The notes below the pieces were generated by a model. It saw only the letters and a program-made list of their open reading frames with translations, was not told the DNA's origin and made no database searches. Below are positions 13,031-26,097 of a stretch of DNA of 64,000 nucleotides, one piece after another. Made by a program: the position numbers and the translations under genes. Every line of letters begins with the position of its first letter. Position 1 is the first letter of the stretch. Source of the stretch: the human T2T-CHM13v2.0 reference genome, Homo sapiens; assembly GCF_009914755.1 (NCBI RefSeq), contig NC_060942.1, one strand, 5' to 3'.

Positions 13031-14660
13031 GCAGCAACATTTTGGGAGATGCAAATCAGAGGAATGAATCAATATTAACTTTCCAAACTGGAAAAATCTA
13101 ATCCTAAATTGTCAGTGGAGAAAGCTGAACAGAAACCTAATTCACAAACCAGAATCTTCAAATGTCTCAGAAATCAGCAGCAGCAGAAAATTCCAGTATT
13201 AGAAGTGAAGATACAGCTGAAAATGGAAACAAATTTCAAAGTTTGATTAGAAAGCCTCGAATGAGCTCCCCTTCTTTGTTAAACTGAGCGATTACCTCTC
13301 CCTAATCCCTAGGGAAAGACAAAACAGAAGGATTCTGGATGAGGACACTGCATACAGTTGAAGTCAGTGGTATCAAACTAAAGGAGGATTAAAACTGAGC
13401 ATTTACACTGTTGGTGGGAGTGTAAACTAGCTCAACCATTGTGGAAGACAGTGTGGCAATTCCTCAAGGATCTAGAACTAGAAATACCATTTGACCCAGC
13501 CATCCCATTACTGGGTATATACCGAAAGGATTATAAATCACGCTACTATAAAGACACATGCACTCATATGTTTATTGCGGCACTATTCACAATAGCAAAG
13601 ACTTGGAACCAAGCCAGATATCCATCAATGATAGACTGGATTAAGAAACTGTGGCACATATACACCATGGATACTATGCAGCCATAAAAAAGGATGAGTT
13701 CATGTCCTTTGCAGGGACATGGATGAAGCTGGAAACCATCATCCTGAGCAAACTATCACAGAGACAGAAAACCAAACACCGCATGTTCTCACTCATGGGT
13801 GGGAATTGAACAATGAGAACACTTGGACACAGGGCGGGGAACATCACACATGGGGGCCTGTCATGGGGTGGGGGAGAGGGGAGGGATAGTATTAGGAGAA
13901 ATACCTAATGTAAATGACGAGTTAATGGGTGCACCAAACCAACATGGCACATATATGCCTATGTAACAAACCTGCACGTTGTGCACATGTACCCTAGAAC
14001 TTAAAGTATAAAAAAAAAATTGAACCTGAATATTGAAACTCCATCCCTCTTTCCTGACTTGGTTCACAGGACACTGGCAGGGGGAGCCTGGAAGATCCTT
14101 ATCTGTAGAATCTCACCAACTCAAGCAAAAGAAATTAAAGATATTGATATCTGAGTGTATCCCCAATGAAACAGTCTGATCTGCTCAGTCTATTGTGAAG
14201 TCTGTGGTCAACAAGCCCTGCACATGCAATGAGCTTCTCAGTGCACCACACTTGAATGTAAACTCACAGACAAGGAGTAATAGTCATTGGAAAAAAGACT
14301 CTAAGTTTTAGGGAAGAGACAAAACAAAGACAGAAAAAGGAACTTGAAGGAAATAGAGAACATTCAAGAAAAAGAACAATTTTTAAAATGTGTCTTCAGT
14401 ATTCTCAGAGAGAAGAGATTTTATATCAATGAAGCTTGAACACAATAATATAGAGTAAAAACTTTGAGAGGAGAAAAAAGAACTTTGAGAAATTTTTAAT
14501 AGTAGTAGAAATGAAAAACTCAATAGAATGACTGAATGATAAACATGAGGATATCTCTCAAAAAGTAGAGCAAAAAGGACAAAGTTATAAAAAAAAAAAG
14601 AAGAAGAAATGATAAGAAAATGTGAGGCTAAGTCCAGGAGCTCCAACATCGTAGTAAAAG
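13031..14660 (+). mobile_element. HAL1/old L1 5'-ORF1-like element, interrupted by L1PA
   Basis: HAL1-like 'aaagtagagcaaaaaggacaaag...gataagaaaatgtgaggctaagtccaggagctccaacatc' at 14560-14650. Further likely HAL1 pieces at 17040-17250 and 17870-18200. Confidence 0.6.
13402..14020 (+). mobile_element. L1PA (approx. L1PA5-7) 3' end, 5'-truncated
   Basis: ORF 13439-13687 matches the L1 ORF2 C-terminus (WKTVWQFLKDLELEIPFDPAIPLLGIY). Primate 3'UTR with G-rich tract, ending 'gaacttaaagtataaaaaa'. Confidence 0.96.
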
Positions 14661-16975
14661 AATAGAAGGAACATACTTCAAAATAATAAAGGCCATATAT
14701 GATGAACTCACAGCTAATGTACCAAATTCATACCAAATGGGGAAAGCTGAAAGCCTTTCCTCCAGGATCTGGAACGAGACAAGGATGCCTGCTTTCACCA
14801 CTCTTATTCATCATAGTACTGGAAGTCCTTGCCAAACAATCAGGCAAGCAAAAGAAATAAAAGGCATCCAAATTGAGGGGGAAAAGGGAAGTCAATTGTT
14901 CCTCTTTTCTGATGATATGATCTTGTATCTAGAAAAACCTAAAGACCCCACCAAGAAAAGTTATAACTGATAAATGAACTCAGTAAAGTTGCAGGATATA
15001 AAATCAACATACAAAAATCAGTAGTATTTCTATACATCAATAATGAACTAACTGAGAAGGAAATCAAGAAGGCAATCCCATTTGCAATAACAACAGAGGA
15101 AAACACCTAGGAATAAATTTAATCAAGGAGGTAAAATATCTTAATGAAGAAATCTACAAAACACTGAAAGAAATTGAAGAAGACACAAATGGAAAGATAT
15201 CTCATGCTCATGGATTAGAAGAATTAACATAATTTAAATGACCATACTACCCAAAGAAATTCACAAATTCAATGACATTTCTATCAAAACACCAATGTCA
15301 TTTTTCACAGAATTACAAAAAAGAATCTTAAAATTTGTTTGGAAACAAAAAAGAACCAGAATAGTGAAAGCAATCCTGCGCAAGAAAAACAAAGTGAAGT
15401 CACACTACTTGACTTCAAAGCATATTACAAAGCTACAGTAACCAAAACAACATGATATTGGTATAAAAACAGACACATAAAGCAATGGAACAAAAATAGA
15501 GAGTCCATAAATAAATTCCCATATTTACAGCCAACTGATTTTCTATAAAAATACCAGGAACATACACTGGGATAAGGACACCTTTTTCAATAAATGGTGC
15601 CAGGAAAATTGGATATTCATATGCAGAAGAATGAAACTGAGACCCTATCTCTCCCCATATACAAAAATCAACTCAAGATAGAATAAGACTTAAGCATAAG
15701 ACCTAAAACTATAACATTACTAGGAAAAAAATAGGGAAAATATTCAAGTCATCAATCTAGGCAAAGATTTCATGGCTCAGACCTCAAAAGCATAGACAAT
15801 TATTACAAAAATAGACAAATGGGATTATATTAAACTAAAAAGCTACTGCACATCAAAGGAAACAATCAACAAATGAAGAGACAGGAAGAACAGGAGAACA
15901 GGAGAAAATATTTGCAAACTACTTATCTGACTAATATCCAAAATATACAAGGAACCTAAACAACTCAATGATTTTAAAAATGAATAATCCCATTAAAAAG
16001 TGGGCTAAGGACATGAACAGACATTTTTCAAAAGAAGACATATAAATGGCAGACAGGTCTATGAAAAAGTGCTCAACATCACTAATCAGGGAAATGCAGA
16101 CCGAAACCACAATGAGATGTCATCTTTCCCCAGTTAGAATGGCTATGATGAAAAAGACAAAAAATGGCAAGAATGCAAAGAAAAGGGAACTCTTATAAAC
16201 TGTTGATAGGAATGTAAATCAGTATAATCACTATGTAAAACAATGTGGAGGTTTCTCAAAAAATCTGAAAATAGAACTACAGTACAATCCAGCAAGCTCA
16301 CTACTGGGCATTTATCCAAAGGAAAAGAAATAAGTATTATCAAAGGGATTCCTGCACCCCTATGTTGACTGCAGCACTATTCATAATATCAAAGAGATGG
16401 AATCAGCTTAAATATCCATCAATGGATGAATGCATAAAGAAATGTGGTATATGTATACAATAGAATACTCTTCAATCACAAAAGAGAATGAAATCATGTC
16501 ATCTTCAGCGACATGGAAGGAACCGGAGGTCATTGTGTTAAGTCAAATAAAGCAGGCACAAAGAGACAAATATTGCTTGTCCTCACTCATATGTGAAAGC
16601 AAAAAGAGTTTATCTCATAGAGGTAGAGAATAGAATGGTAGATACTGGAGGCTGGGAAGGGTGCGTGGGTGGGAGGCCCAGGATGCAGAAAGGTTGGTTA
16701 ATGGGTACAAACATACAATTAGATAGAATATATAAGTTCTAAAGTTCATGACTTTAAGTTCTAGAGTAGCATGACTACAGTTAGCAACAACGTATTGTGT
16801 ATTTCTAAGTAGCTAGAAGAGAGGTCTTGAGTTGCTCCCAACACATAGAAATGATAAACACTCAAGGTGATGGGCACCCCAAATACCCCAACTTGATCAT
16901 TACACATTCTATGCATGTAACCAATATTCGCATGTACCCCATAATTACATAAAATATTGCATATCAATAAAAAAC
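14660..16975 (+). mobile_element. L1MA (approx. L1MA3) 3' 2.3 kb
   Basis: ORF2 RT remnants ('[15 protein letters not shown]', '[28 protein letters not shown]'). L1MA-type 3'UTR 'cttgatcattacacattctatgcatgtaac...tcaataaaaa'. Confidence 0.93.
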
Positions 16976-17264
16976 TATTGAAATAGTAAATTTTATATTA
17001 TGTATATCTTACCATAATAAAAAAATAAAAAGAAAAAAGCTCCAGTAGGGATGTCTCCAAAAAGATGAAATAGATACATTACTTGACCTGTTTTAATTAA
17101 GAGGAAATTAAAGTTTCTGAGGGATAAATTAGGAAAAAGAGATAAGTAAATAGAAAACAAAGCAAATTCAAAATGAGATAATTATTAACCACAACAAAAG
17201 AAAATTTTAAAGCTGTGCAAGGAAAGAAAAGTATCGCAGGGTCTAACCTAGCAAATGGCTAACC

Positions 17265-17800
17265 TAGGCCCACTTCTAGCATTTACAGAATGGGGGCAAG
17301 ATAAATGAAGGCCCACTTATCGTATGACTATATATTTTGAAAATATAAATTAAATTAGCAAAGTGTTAAATAAAATATATTCTATCCTCCTACCTTAGTA
17401 AATGACCTGGAAGTCCAGGACAGAATTTAAAATTCTCAAGTTTTTCCAAGTTCCACACCAGAACTTTGCAGTGGAAGGGGAGAACCAGCCACTGGCCCCA
17501 GCTGAACAGCTCACCCTTTTTCTTCCAGCCCCAGGGTCCATCCCACATCTGAAGAGCCTTGTGGGCATGTGTCTGGACACACACACGTGTCCATGCTCTG
17601 ACCACACCCTCACCAACACCTCCCTCCTAGGTACCCACATAGGTGGCACCCTCCACCTTTAGTAGGACATGAGACACGCATGGGCCTTGGAAGCCATTTC
17701 AGGCCATTTGGGTGGGGAATTCTAGGTCTCTGAACCCAGTGCGAGACCTGGAAAGGGAGCCTCCTTGACCCTGTGAATTTCTCTCCCCATGAGTAAGGGC
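17265..17800 (+). mobile_element. hAT-Tip100 DNA transposon, FordPrefect-like
   Basis: 'tgttaaataaaatatattctatcctcctacctt...gacctggaagtccagg' followed by a GC-richer interior, recalled as the FordPrefect consensus. Confidence 0.65.
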
Positions 17801-18214
17801 CAGAAGAAGATCTCCCAAAGTGTGGCTGGCAAGACACGGGCCTCTTTACAAATGTCTAAGACTCGTATTGGGCTCAGCTGAAAACAGCATTTATATAAGC
17901 ATGGCAGTGTACATAATAAATATTAATACAAAAATGTTAACATGAAATTATGAAGAGGATGATGGGGATGGGAAACATGCAGTGAAGAGCTTGGTATAAG
18001 GGGTAAGGATTAAAGAGAAATAAAGCCTGATCTTTTATAGTAGGAAGTCTAAAGATAATGCCTAAAAGTGAAGAACCTAGAAGTTGAATATAATCATGTT
18101 ATTTAGGGATATAAAGAAAAAAAAGAAATAACTAAAAAGCATTGAGCTCTAAGAAATAAAAGGGAGGAGAGCAGAATTGTAGGGGAGTATTATTCTCTAT
18201 ATAAGACTTGTATA

Positions 18215-18515
18215 GGCCGGGAGTGGTGACTCATGCCTGTAATCCCAGCACTTTGGGAGGCCAAGGGGGCCAGATCATTTGAGGTCAGGAGTTCGAGACC
18301 AGCCTGGCCAACATGGAGAAACCTCATCTCTACTAAAAATACAAAAATTAGCCGGACATGGTGGTGCATGCTTGTAATCTCAGCTACTTGGGAGGCTGAG
18401 GCAGGAGGATTGCTTGAACCCAGGAGGTGGAGGTTGCAGCGAGCTAAATCACGCCACTGCACTCCAGCCTGGGCAACAGAGCGAGACTCCATCTCAAAAA
18501 AAAAGAGAGAGAGAG
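18215..18515 (+). mobile_element. Alu (AluS)
   Basis: Full Alu with A/(GA)n tail. Perfect TSD agacttgtata at 18204-18214 and 18516-18526. Confidence 0.97.
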
Positions 18516-18774
18516 AGACTTGTATAATTATTTGACAACTATATGCATTTCAACTTTGATACTAAAAAAATTAAAAAGAACGTAGTATAAAGAATAATCT
18601 TTTCTAGTGCATTGAACCACTTGCACCTTAATATGAACTCTGGGAAACTTTTCATTAACCTGGTCCTTTCAGAATAACAAAAATATAAGAGGCAGAGCTT
18701 TACAGGAGAATATTAGCATGTAAGAGGAACATTGGTGATAGGAAAATGTTTCAGATTCACAAATTTCCTTTGGG

Positions 18775-18821
18775 TTTTTTTTTTTTTTTCACCTTAAGTT
18801 CTGGGATATATGTGCTGAACT
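18775..18821 (-). mobile_element. Tiny L1PA 3' tip
   Basis: Poly-T followed by 'ttaagttctgggatatatgtgctgaac', the antisense L1PA terminus. Confidence 0.7.
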
Positions 18822-18839
18822 GAGGACACTACATGTTTG

Positions 18840-19230
18840 AATTTATTCATTCAATAGATATTTATTGAGTAAGTATTTATTTATATGTGACAGGCACCAT
18901 GTTAGGAGCTAGGGACACAGAAGCAAGAAAAAAAATTTTAACACACGTTTCTGTCCTTGCAGTACTTAATGTCGAGACCAGGTGACATTATTGAATCAAA
19001 TATTCATTCAGTGACTATAAAATATCAACTGTGGCAGGTGCTATAAAGCAAAGTTCTTGGTGCTAAGAGTGTGTAGAAGAGTAAACCTCCCTCAGTGAGA
19101 AGAGTGGGGAAATGTTCCCCAGAAATCACCCTCAAGTTAAAATCCCACTGAGTGGGCCTTACCTAGACAAATCTGTGTGGGTGAAAAGAGAGGCATTAGA
19201 AGAGTGTTCTGGAGGAGGAAAGAGCATTCC
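18840..19230 (-). mobile_element. L2 3' fragment
   Basis: 'ttattcattcaatagatatttattgagt...caggcaccatgttaggagctagggacacag'. Confidence 0.75.
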
Positions 19231-19379
19231 CAATGGCATCCTTGTTGTTTTATTCCTTTTTGTGTGTGTGTGTGCATCTTATTGACAAATGTCCCTACTC
19301 TGCTGTGAACCTTCCTAGCTTGTTACATTTTCAAGCCGTAAGAGGTGAGCAGGTGTATATGGTAAAGAGAACTAAAAGA

Positions 19380-19505
19380 GGTGCAGTGGCTCACGCCTGT
19401 AATCCCAGCACTTTGGGAGGCCAACGTGGAAGGCCAGAAGTTTGAGATCAGCCTGGACAACATAACATGACCCCATCTCTACAAAAAATATAAAATTAAA
19501 ATAAA
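19380..19505 (+). mobile_element. Alu left monomer (FLAM/AluJ)
   Basis: gtgcagtggctcacgcctgtaatcccagcactttgggagg...ccccatctctacaaaaaata; no right arm. Confidence 0.88.
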
Positions 19506-19644
19506 AGAGCTGAAAGAGGCTAGTCCTGGTAAGTTGCCAAGTGAGATTCCGACCACAGAGATTGGTGAGATGATCACACAGTGATCAAAATTTCTCATTT
19601 TTTTCTCTGAGAAGTCATACAGGAAGGCTTTGCAGGGTCTTCAC

Positions 19645-20155
19645 AGTAGGCTGGGTGCTCTGAAAACAGACACTGCATTGGGATTAAACATGCAAGGATT
19701 TTATTAGAGGAAACCCCTGTGAGAGGAAATGGGATAGGAGGGAGGCTAGGAAATGGTCAGACCATGATTAAGCTTGATCCTTCATGAAGGAGAGAGGGAA
19801 GGAAGGTTGGGTAGAAGTAGGATTGCCTGGGACTGAGGGGCTTCTGTGACAAGATTGAAGGTGGGACAGTTGGGGCACACCGGGAAGGTTGGCCAGCCTG
19901 GGCGGAAGCACTAGACTGCCCTGCCGTGCAGTCTAAGACAGGCTTGGCAAGGCCATCAGGGCGTCCTTGAGCCGAAGCCACCCATCGGGAGAGTCTTAGT
20001 ACCGACTGCCACACTCATCATTGGCAGCAGCAGCTCGTGGGAATTTCAGCCTCAGTGAAAAAGCGGTAAAGGATTTGCGAGCACCGCAGCAGGGGCCCTA
20101 AGTCGATTCTGGGCAGCACCCGGTAGCCGGGATTCCATGAGGTGCATTCGCATGG
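19645..20155 (-). mobile_element. ERVL solo LTR, LTR16-like
   Basis: 'gtcagaccatgat...gaaggagagagggaaggaaggttgggt', 'tcattggc...gcagc.cgtgggaa' and 'gaggtgcattcgcatgg' match recalled LTR16A/C antisense sequence. Confidence 0.75.
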
Positions 20156-21454
20156 AGGTCTTGGAAGCGGGTATTGGGAAGGGAGAAGGGACCACAGCAG
20201 ATCATTTTGTAAATATCATCCAGATGGCAACAGCAACAATGCATTGGAGGAGAACAGCAATAGATGCAAGGAGGCTGTGTAGCAGGCCCACCAAAGATAA
20301 AAACAGACTGCAGGTATACAAAGAAATGAGTACTTTACATAAGTAATTACTACACTACATAGTATTTTTATTACCCCTGATCAAAACTCTTTCACAGTCA
20401 GGAGTTTCAAGTTACCTTAAAGTACAGTATCTTTGAAAGGTATTTAACTCCTAAACCCATGAAGAGATTCTCTTGTTATTTTTATAACAACATTTATTAC
20501 CCATTGTGTATAACCATATAGGTTCAGTCATCAGTAATGGGTAATGGCATGAATTGCCAGAAAAAAAGGCCAGCCTGGCCTCTAGCCTAGTCCAAACTTC
20601 TGTTTTCTTAGACTGTGAGTTGCTGGGCTGATTTACAGAACTTTGATGGCTTGTTTATTTTCACTTCAGGGTTTTGAAACTTCCTGGTAAAGTTCCCAGA
20701 GACATAAGATGCCCTGTGACTGAGCTACTTTGATAGTCCGTTAGTTTTGTTCTTTATGTATGACATATCTCAACTAAAAGAGCCACTTCTTGGTGCTTAA
20801 TAACGCAACCAGCAGGATGATATCAACTTTGTTTTTATTTTCTGCAAATCAGTTATTTCATGGGAAAGAATTTATTTCACCATTTAGGTACTTTTATTGA
20901 CAGCTGTAAAAAATACTTTAATATCCTGCCCAGGGAATCTTCCTACACTGTCATATTTCCATTTAACTTAAATGTAAGTTTAAACAGGGACTTGACTCAC
21001 AGAGTTACCTGCTCTGTTCAAAAGAACTCAATATAACCGAGATATTCTGATTCTTTTTTACAAGAGAAATGAATAAGACAAACACACAATAAATGAACAT
21101 TTCTGACACAAATGCTACTCTGCTCACTGTATTTTTTACCTCTTTTCTATTCTTTTTTTGCTGCCATTAAAGACAGAATCTGTTCTTTTAATTTATGAAT
21201 TCATTGCATCCGTTTTCATACCAGAGTCAGCCTTCAGACTTAAACTCTGTAGTTATACTTCTCCAGAGTCTCCAATAGTCTCTCAGTGTATGTTTCACTT
21301 ATTTTTTTATTATCATCCCTAAAAAAGACATCCACTCATGTTTTACTGGAAGTTAGTAACAGTGTTAAGGTCCTTTATACTTTTGGTATTTCAGTAAGAA
21401 GACTCTCTATTAATTCCCAATTAACTCGCTGACTGCCTTTTGCCACCCGCCAGA

Positions 21455-21803
<349 letters not shown>

Positions 21804-22669
21804 TAAAGAAGTATTTGACCTCTGCTCATGCATGAAAAGATCAGAATTTATAATTTCTGACTGACCTTCAAATTTATTCCAATGTTAACTTTCAGCAAGA
21901 GGAACAAAGTAGTTGAAAAATAAATATTTCTTATAACAGCAAATCTGCTATAGGTGCTCAAAAGGCAAAAAAAAAAAAAAATCTGTAAAGCACAGAACCA
22001 CTTGCAAATGGCAAAAACCACAATGTTTGTTCTTTTAAGGAGAATCACATTATCAGTGAAGAATATCAATCACATTTGCTACAAAAGCATTTAAAATATT
22101 TTCTCAGTTTGATATCCCAGTTCTCAAATTACGTTCCAAAAACTGAAACAATTCTGATATGTTTACATGCCATTAAATGAACTAATGATTTATTCTCTAC
22201 TAAAATATTAACCAATATAGCTAATCCTAATGGAATAAACTATAATAAATTTTAAAATTTACAATCTATCTGCCCTAATAATTTTTGGCCCATGCATAAT
22301 GTAGGCATTTAAACCAGGTATTCTGATTATTTGCTATGTTGCCTGTCTCCTTCTCCAAGCCTTCTCGTGAATAATCACTCTCTCCACCCCCGTGAATATT
22401 CTTTGTGCATTTACTAAATCAGAACAGCAGAGCATAGTGCCTAATTGCTTTTTCATTTTCTTGCTATTATTCTTTTTTCCTTAACTCAGATACAGGCTTC
22501 TTGAAGACATGGTATATACCTTTAAAGCCTTTTCTGATATCCCAATCATTAACCAAAAAAAAAATTAAAAAATCATCTACAGAAGCCACACTTGCCTTCA
22601 TTACAGAATTACCCAACCCCTAATGGCTCTCCTCAGGAAGCTCTGCACCTGTGGTTAAAGAGTTCTGTC

Positions 22670-23140
22670 TCTGTTAGAAATCTTTTCATTGCAAATGGGG
22701 GAAGAACATCTCCAACTAGTTTAAACAAAAAAGTATTTTCTACTCATGTAAAAGTCCACACGATGTCGTGACTTCAGATACAGCTTTCTTCAGGACTCAG
22801 GTGATATCCCCTCTTTTCTTCACTTTCTTTGAGTTGACTTCATTCTCAGGCTCCCTGCAGTGATTCTTGCAACTTGGGATTCCCAGATCCACCACACACA
22901 GTCCAGTGCCGGAAGGAGAGGCCAACAAAAGCTCAAAAAAAGTCTTTGGCTAAGTCCTCTTGGTTGAGACTGGCCAGGTTGGCAGGTGCTGATAGCTTAG
23001 CTTGGGGAAAGCCTCCAGCTCTGGAGCCCAGGGCTCCAGACTCAAAACTTGCAGGCTAAGAGGGAAGACAGAGTGGCTTCCAGGAAAAACTGTGGTCAGA
23101 GAACAAGAACAAGGAGGGAAAAGACCAGTCCATAGCCACT
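22670..23140 (-). mobile_element. MaLR LTR (MLT1J/K/L-like)
   Basis: 'ttgcaaatg...ccaactagtttaaacaaaaaag...cttcagatacagct...gttgacttcattctcaggct'. Confidence 0.6.
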
Positions 23141-23501
23141 TGTAGTATCGCATCCCCTTGTGACTTTTAGATGCCCAATAGCAGTATTCGTCTGAGGCTT
23201 CCGTATTATGCTGCCATGATGTTTCCTAGTGGCAAACACCTATGGGACTATCAAACAGAATCTTTGTTTGTTCTTCCAGAAACAATTTTCAAAGCAATGT
23301 AATATAAAATGTATAAATATACCAATAGTGTATCTAGACTTCCACTGACTTTCAGTGTGTTCTTCTCAAGCTCTCAATATAATAAAATTATGTGATTTTT
23401 TTCATTATCTGTTTTTTGACATTATGAACAACTATAATGCCATAAATAAAAACCTTTTGTTAATTCATAAATATTAATTTGTTGTATTGTCTTCAATTCT
23501 T

Positions 23502-23559
23502 TTTTTTTCTTTTTTTGATAAGAAGTCTTACTCTGTCACCCAGGCTGGAGTGCAGTGGC
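23502..23559 (-). mobile_element. Extremely 5'-truncated Alu (~40 bp plus tail)
   Basis: T-run then 'agtcttactctgtcacccaggctggagtgcagtggc', between perfect 16-bp TSDs attgtcttcaattctt (23486-23501 and 23560-23575). Confidence 0.92.
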
Positions 23560-23607
23560 ATTGTCTTCAATTCTTAATAGGGATTCTAAAATACTTCCTT
23601 GAGGTAA

Positions 23608-23891
<284 letters not shown>

Positions 23892-25439
23892 TGAGGTAAT
23901 ACTTCTTGACTCGTAATTTTAGTTATATTTACTTCATTTAACATGGCACTAAAAGCTCCCACACAGAGGGGAACATGTTACAGCCTGCTGTTAATGTCTC
24001 CCCTGATCCTAGACACCTTTCTTAAGAGGTCCATTCCTTTCAACACTTTCAAGCCAGGTAAACACGTTCACCAGTGTTACTGCCTTTTTCTCTATTGTAA
24101 ACACTTGAGAAATATGTTAAATGTCATTCTATCATTTCCTCTTCCTCTTGCTTCCCTTTAAATGTTTTGGTAGAAAATACTTTTCCCAGAAATATAACTG
24201 AGTTTATTCATCTTTAAAACCGTATCTTTGCATACTATAGAATATTTTTAGGCAATGCCAAGGATTTTTTGGTTTTTTGCCTCTCATCAATTTCTTCTCA
24301 CATTTACTCTTTTTCATAAAGTTGACTTCTTTTTCATTCAAACTTCTGTCAGATTTCTACTTGTTCTCTCTTCTTTCCCTTAAGACTTGTTTAGTACCTT
24401 CTAAAAGATGCCTTCTCCAAACAATTTTTCAGAAGACTAAGATGCTGCTTAAACCTAAAACCACAGTCTTAAAATTATTTTTATTTTTCATCCACATGCA
24501 AATTGAAAGACGTGGAGTCATGAAATAAAATATTCTTAAGCTTATTAATATTTTATGTTTACATATACATATGCGGTGAGTCCCAAAATAGTATTTTAAA
24601 GTGCTGGATGTTTTTGCCTATTGATTTTAATTAAGTGTACTTTAGGTTGTCTGGATTGCAAGTAAGACAGAAAGGAAAATAGATGAAAAAAATCACAAGC
24701 AAGCTTTTTATTCCAGTTCTTGGGGAAAAAACTAATAAGCCACCTCCACAGTGAATTTCTAGTGAGTCATTAACCAGGGATTTGTTGCCTTGGTTACTGA
24801 GCCAGGTAGAGATTCCAGTAAAAAAGCAATGTGACCTATAGCTCAAGAAACTGAAGAAGTGAAATTTCTGCATGATGATATTTGCAGTTACTACAGAAAG
24901 AAATGAAAAGAGTAAAAAGTATATGTTAAAAGGGAAAAAAAGATTACTTCGATTTTTGACCCCATGTCAAAGATGTTTACAACCACACAACACACACTTT
25001 TAAGAATAACATTTCAGTGTTTGTTTCCTTGTGAAATATTACAAGACATAAACCATTTCCAATATATGAGACCTGTCCCACCCTAGAAAACAAAGCACTT
25101 GACTCGTCAGTGGTGAATGGACGACATTCCTTTGGTAGAGAATATTGCAGTAACATACATTTACAAGATAAGCATTCAGAAAGCAGAATAATTGGATAGA
25201 TTTTCCAGGCAACCTATCTCTGTGGCTTTTCCATCACACCGTATCAAAAATTTAAATTACCTGAAGATTGGTACCAAATCTAGAAGCAAAGCAATAACAA
25301 AAGGAAGAATTCGAAAGCAAGACTTCAAGCATCATCCTCATCTTTGGCTGTAACTGGCTTTTTCACTAAACTCAGAATCATACTGAAGATATTGATGGTC
25401 TACTAACCAACCTCCAGAGATGGCAGAGATTACAATATC

Positions 25440-25488
25440 TGTGATGATTCATTTTGTTCTGTTTCTCTGGAGAACCCTGACTAATACA
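25440..25488 (+). mobile_element. MLT2 LTR 3' tip
   Basis: 'ttctgtttctctggagaaccctgactaataca' is the characteristic MLT2 terminus. Confidence 0.75.
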
Positions 25489-26036
25489 TTATCCAAGTCC
25501 TACTTCCTGCTCTTTTCTGCCAATACTCCAAGCCACACCAGTTTACACTAAAACCAAAATCCAATGGTAGAAAGTAAAAGACTGGCAAAGTCACCACTAT
25601 CTTATGGATGAGAATAGGACATTTAATAAGAAACCACAAAAATCATAAATTTTGCCAACAACCAAGGCCATGACATAGGCAATAGGACAGCTTCTGTGAA
25701 ACTGCATGAGCCTCAATTTCCTCCAGGAAATTGCCCAGGAGTAATCATATCCCCTCCAGAAGATAGATTCTTACCAAACTCAAATGAGGTAATACATATG
25801 AAGCTCTGGTTAGATAAAAATTGGTATCTTTTCTTTTCTCTTGTTTCCCATCTGGATCTCTTTTACCTCCATTTTTATTTAAAAGATCTGGTTTCCTAAA
25901 AGGTTTAAACTTAGAACTCTAAAATTTAAAACATTTTCCATGTACATTCTGGAAGGGCTATTTTTTTCGCTAAGTGCAGTGTCACTATTGACTATTGGTC
26001 TGCAACCCTCCTTCAACACATACAAACAAATACTTT

Positions 26037-26097
26037 GAAACAAAACTGGAAATAAAGGATAAAAGGGAAACAAAACTGGAAATAAAGGATAAAAGGG
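26037..26097. repeat. Perfect 30-bp tandem duplication
   Basis: gaaacaaaactggaaataaaggataaaagg x2. Confidence 0.97.
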
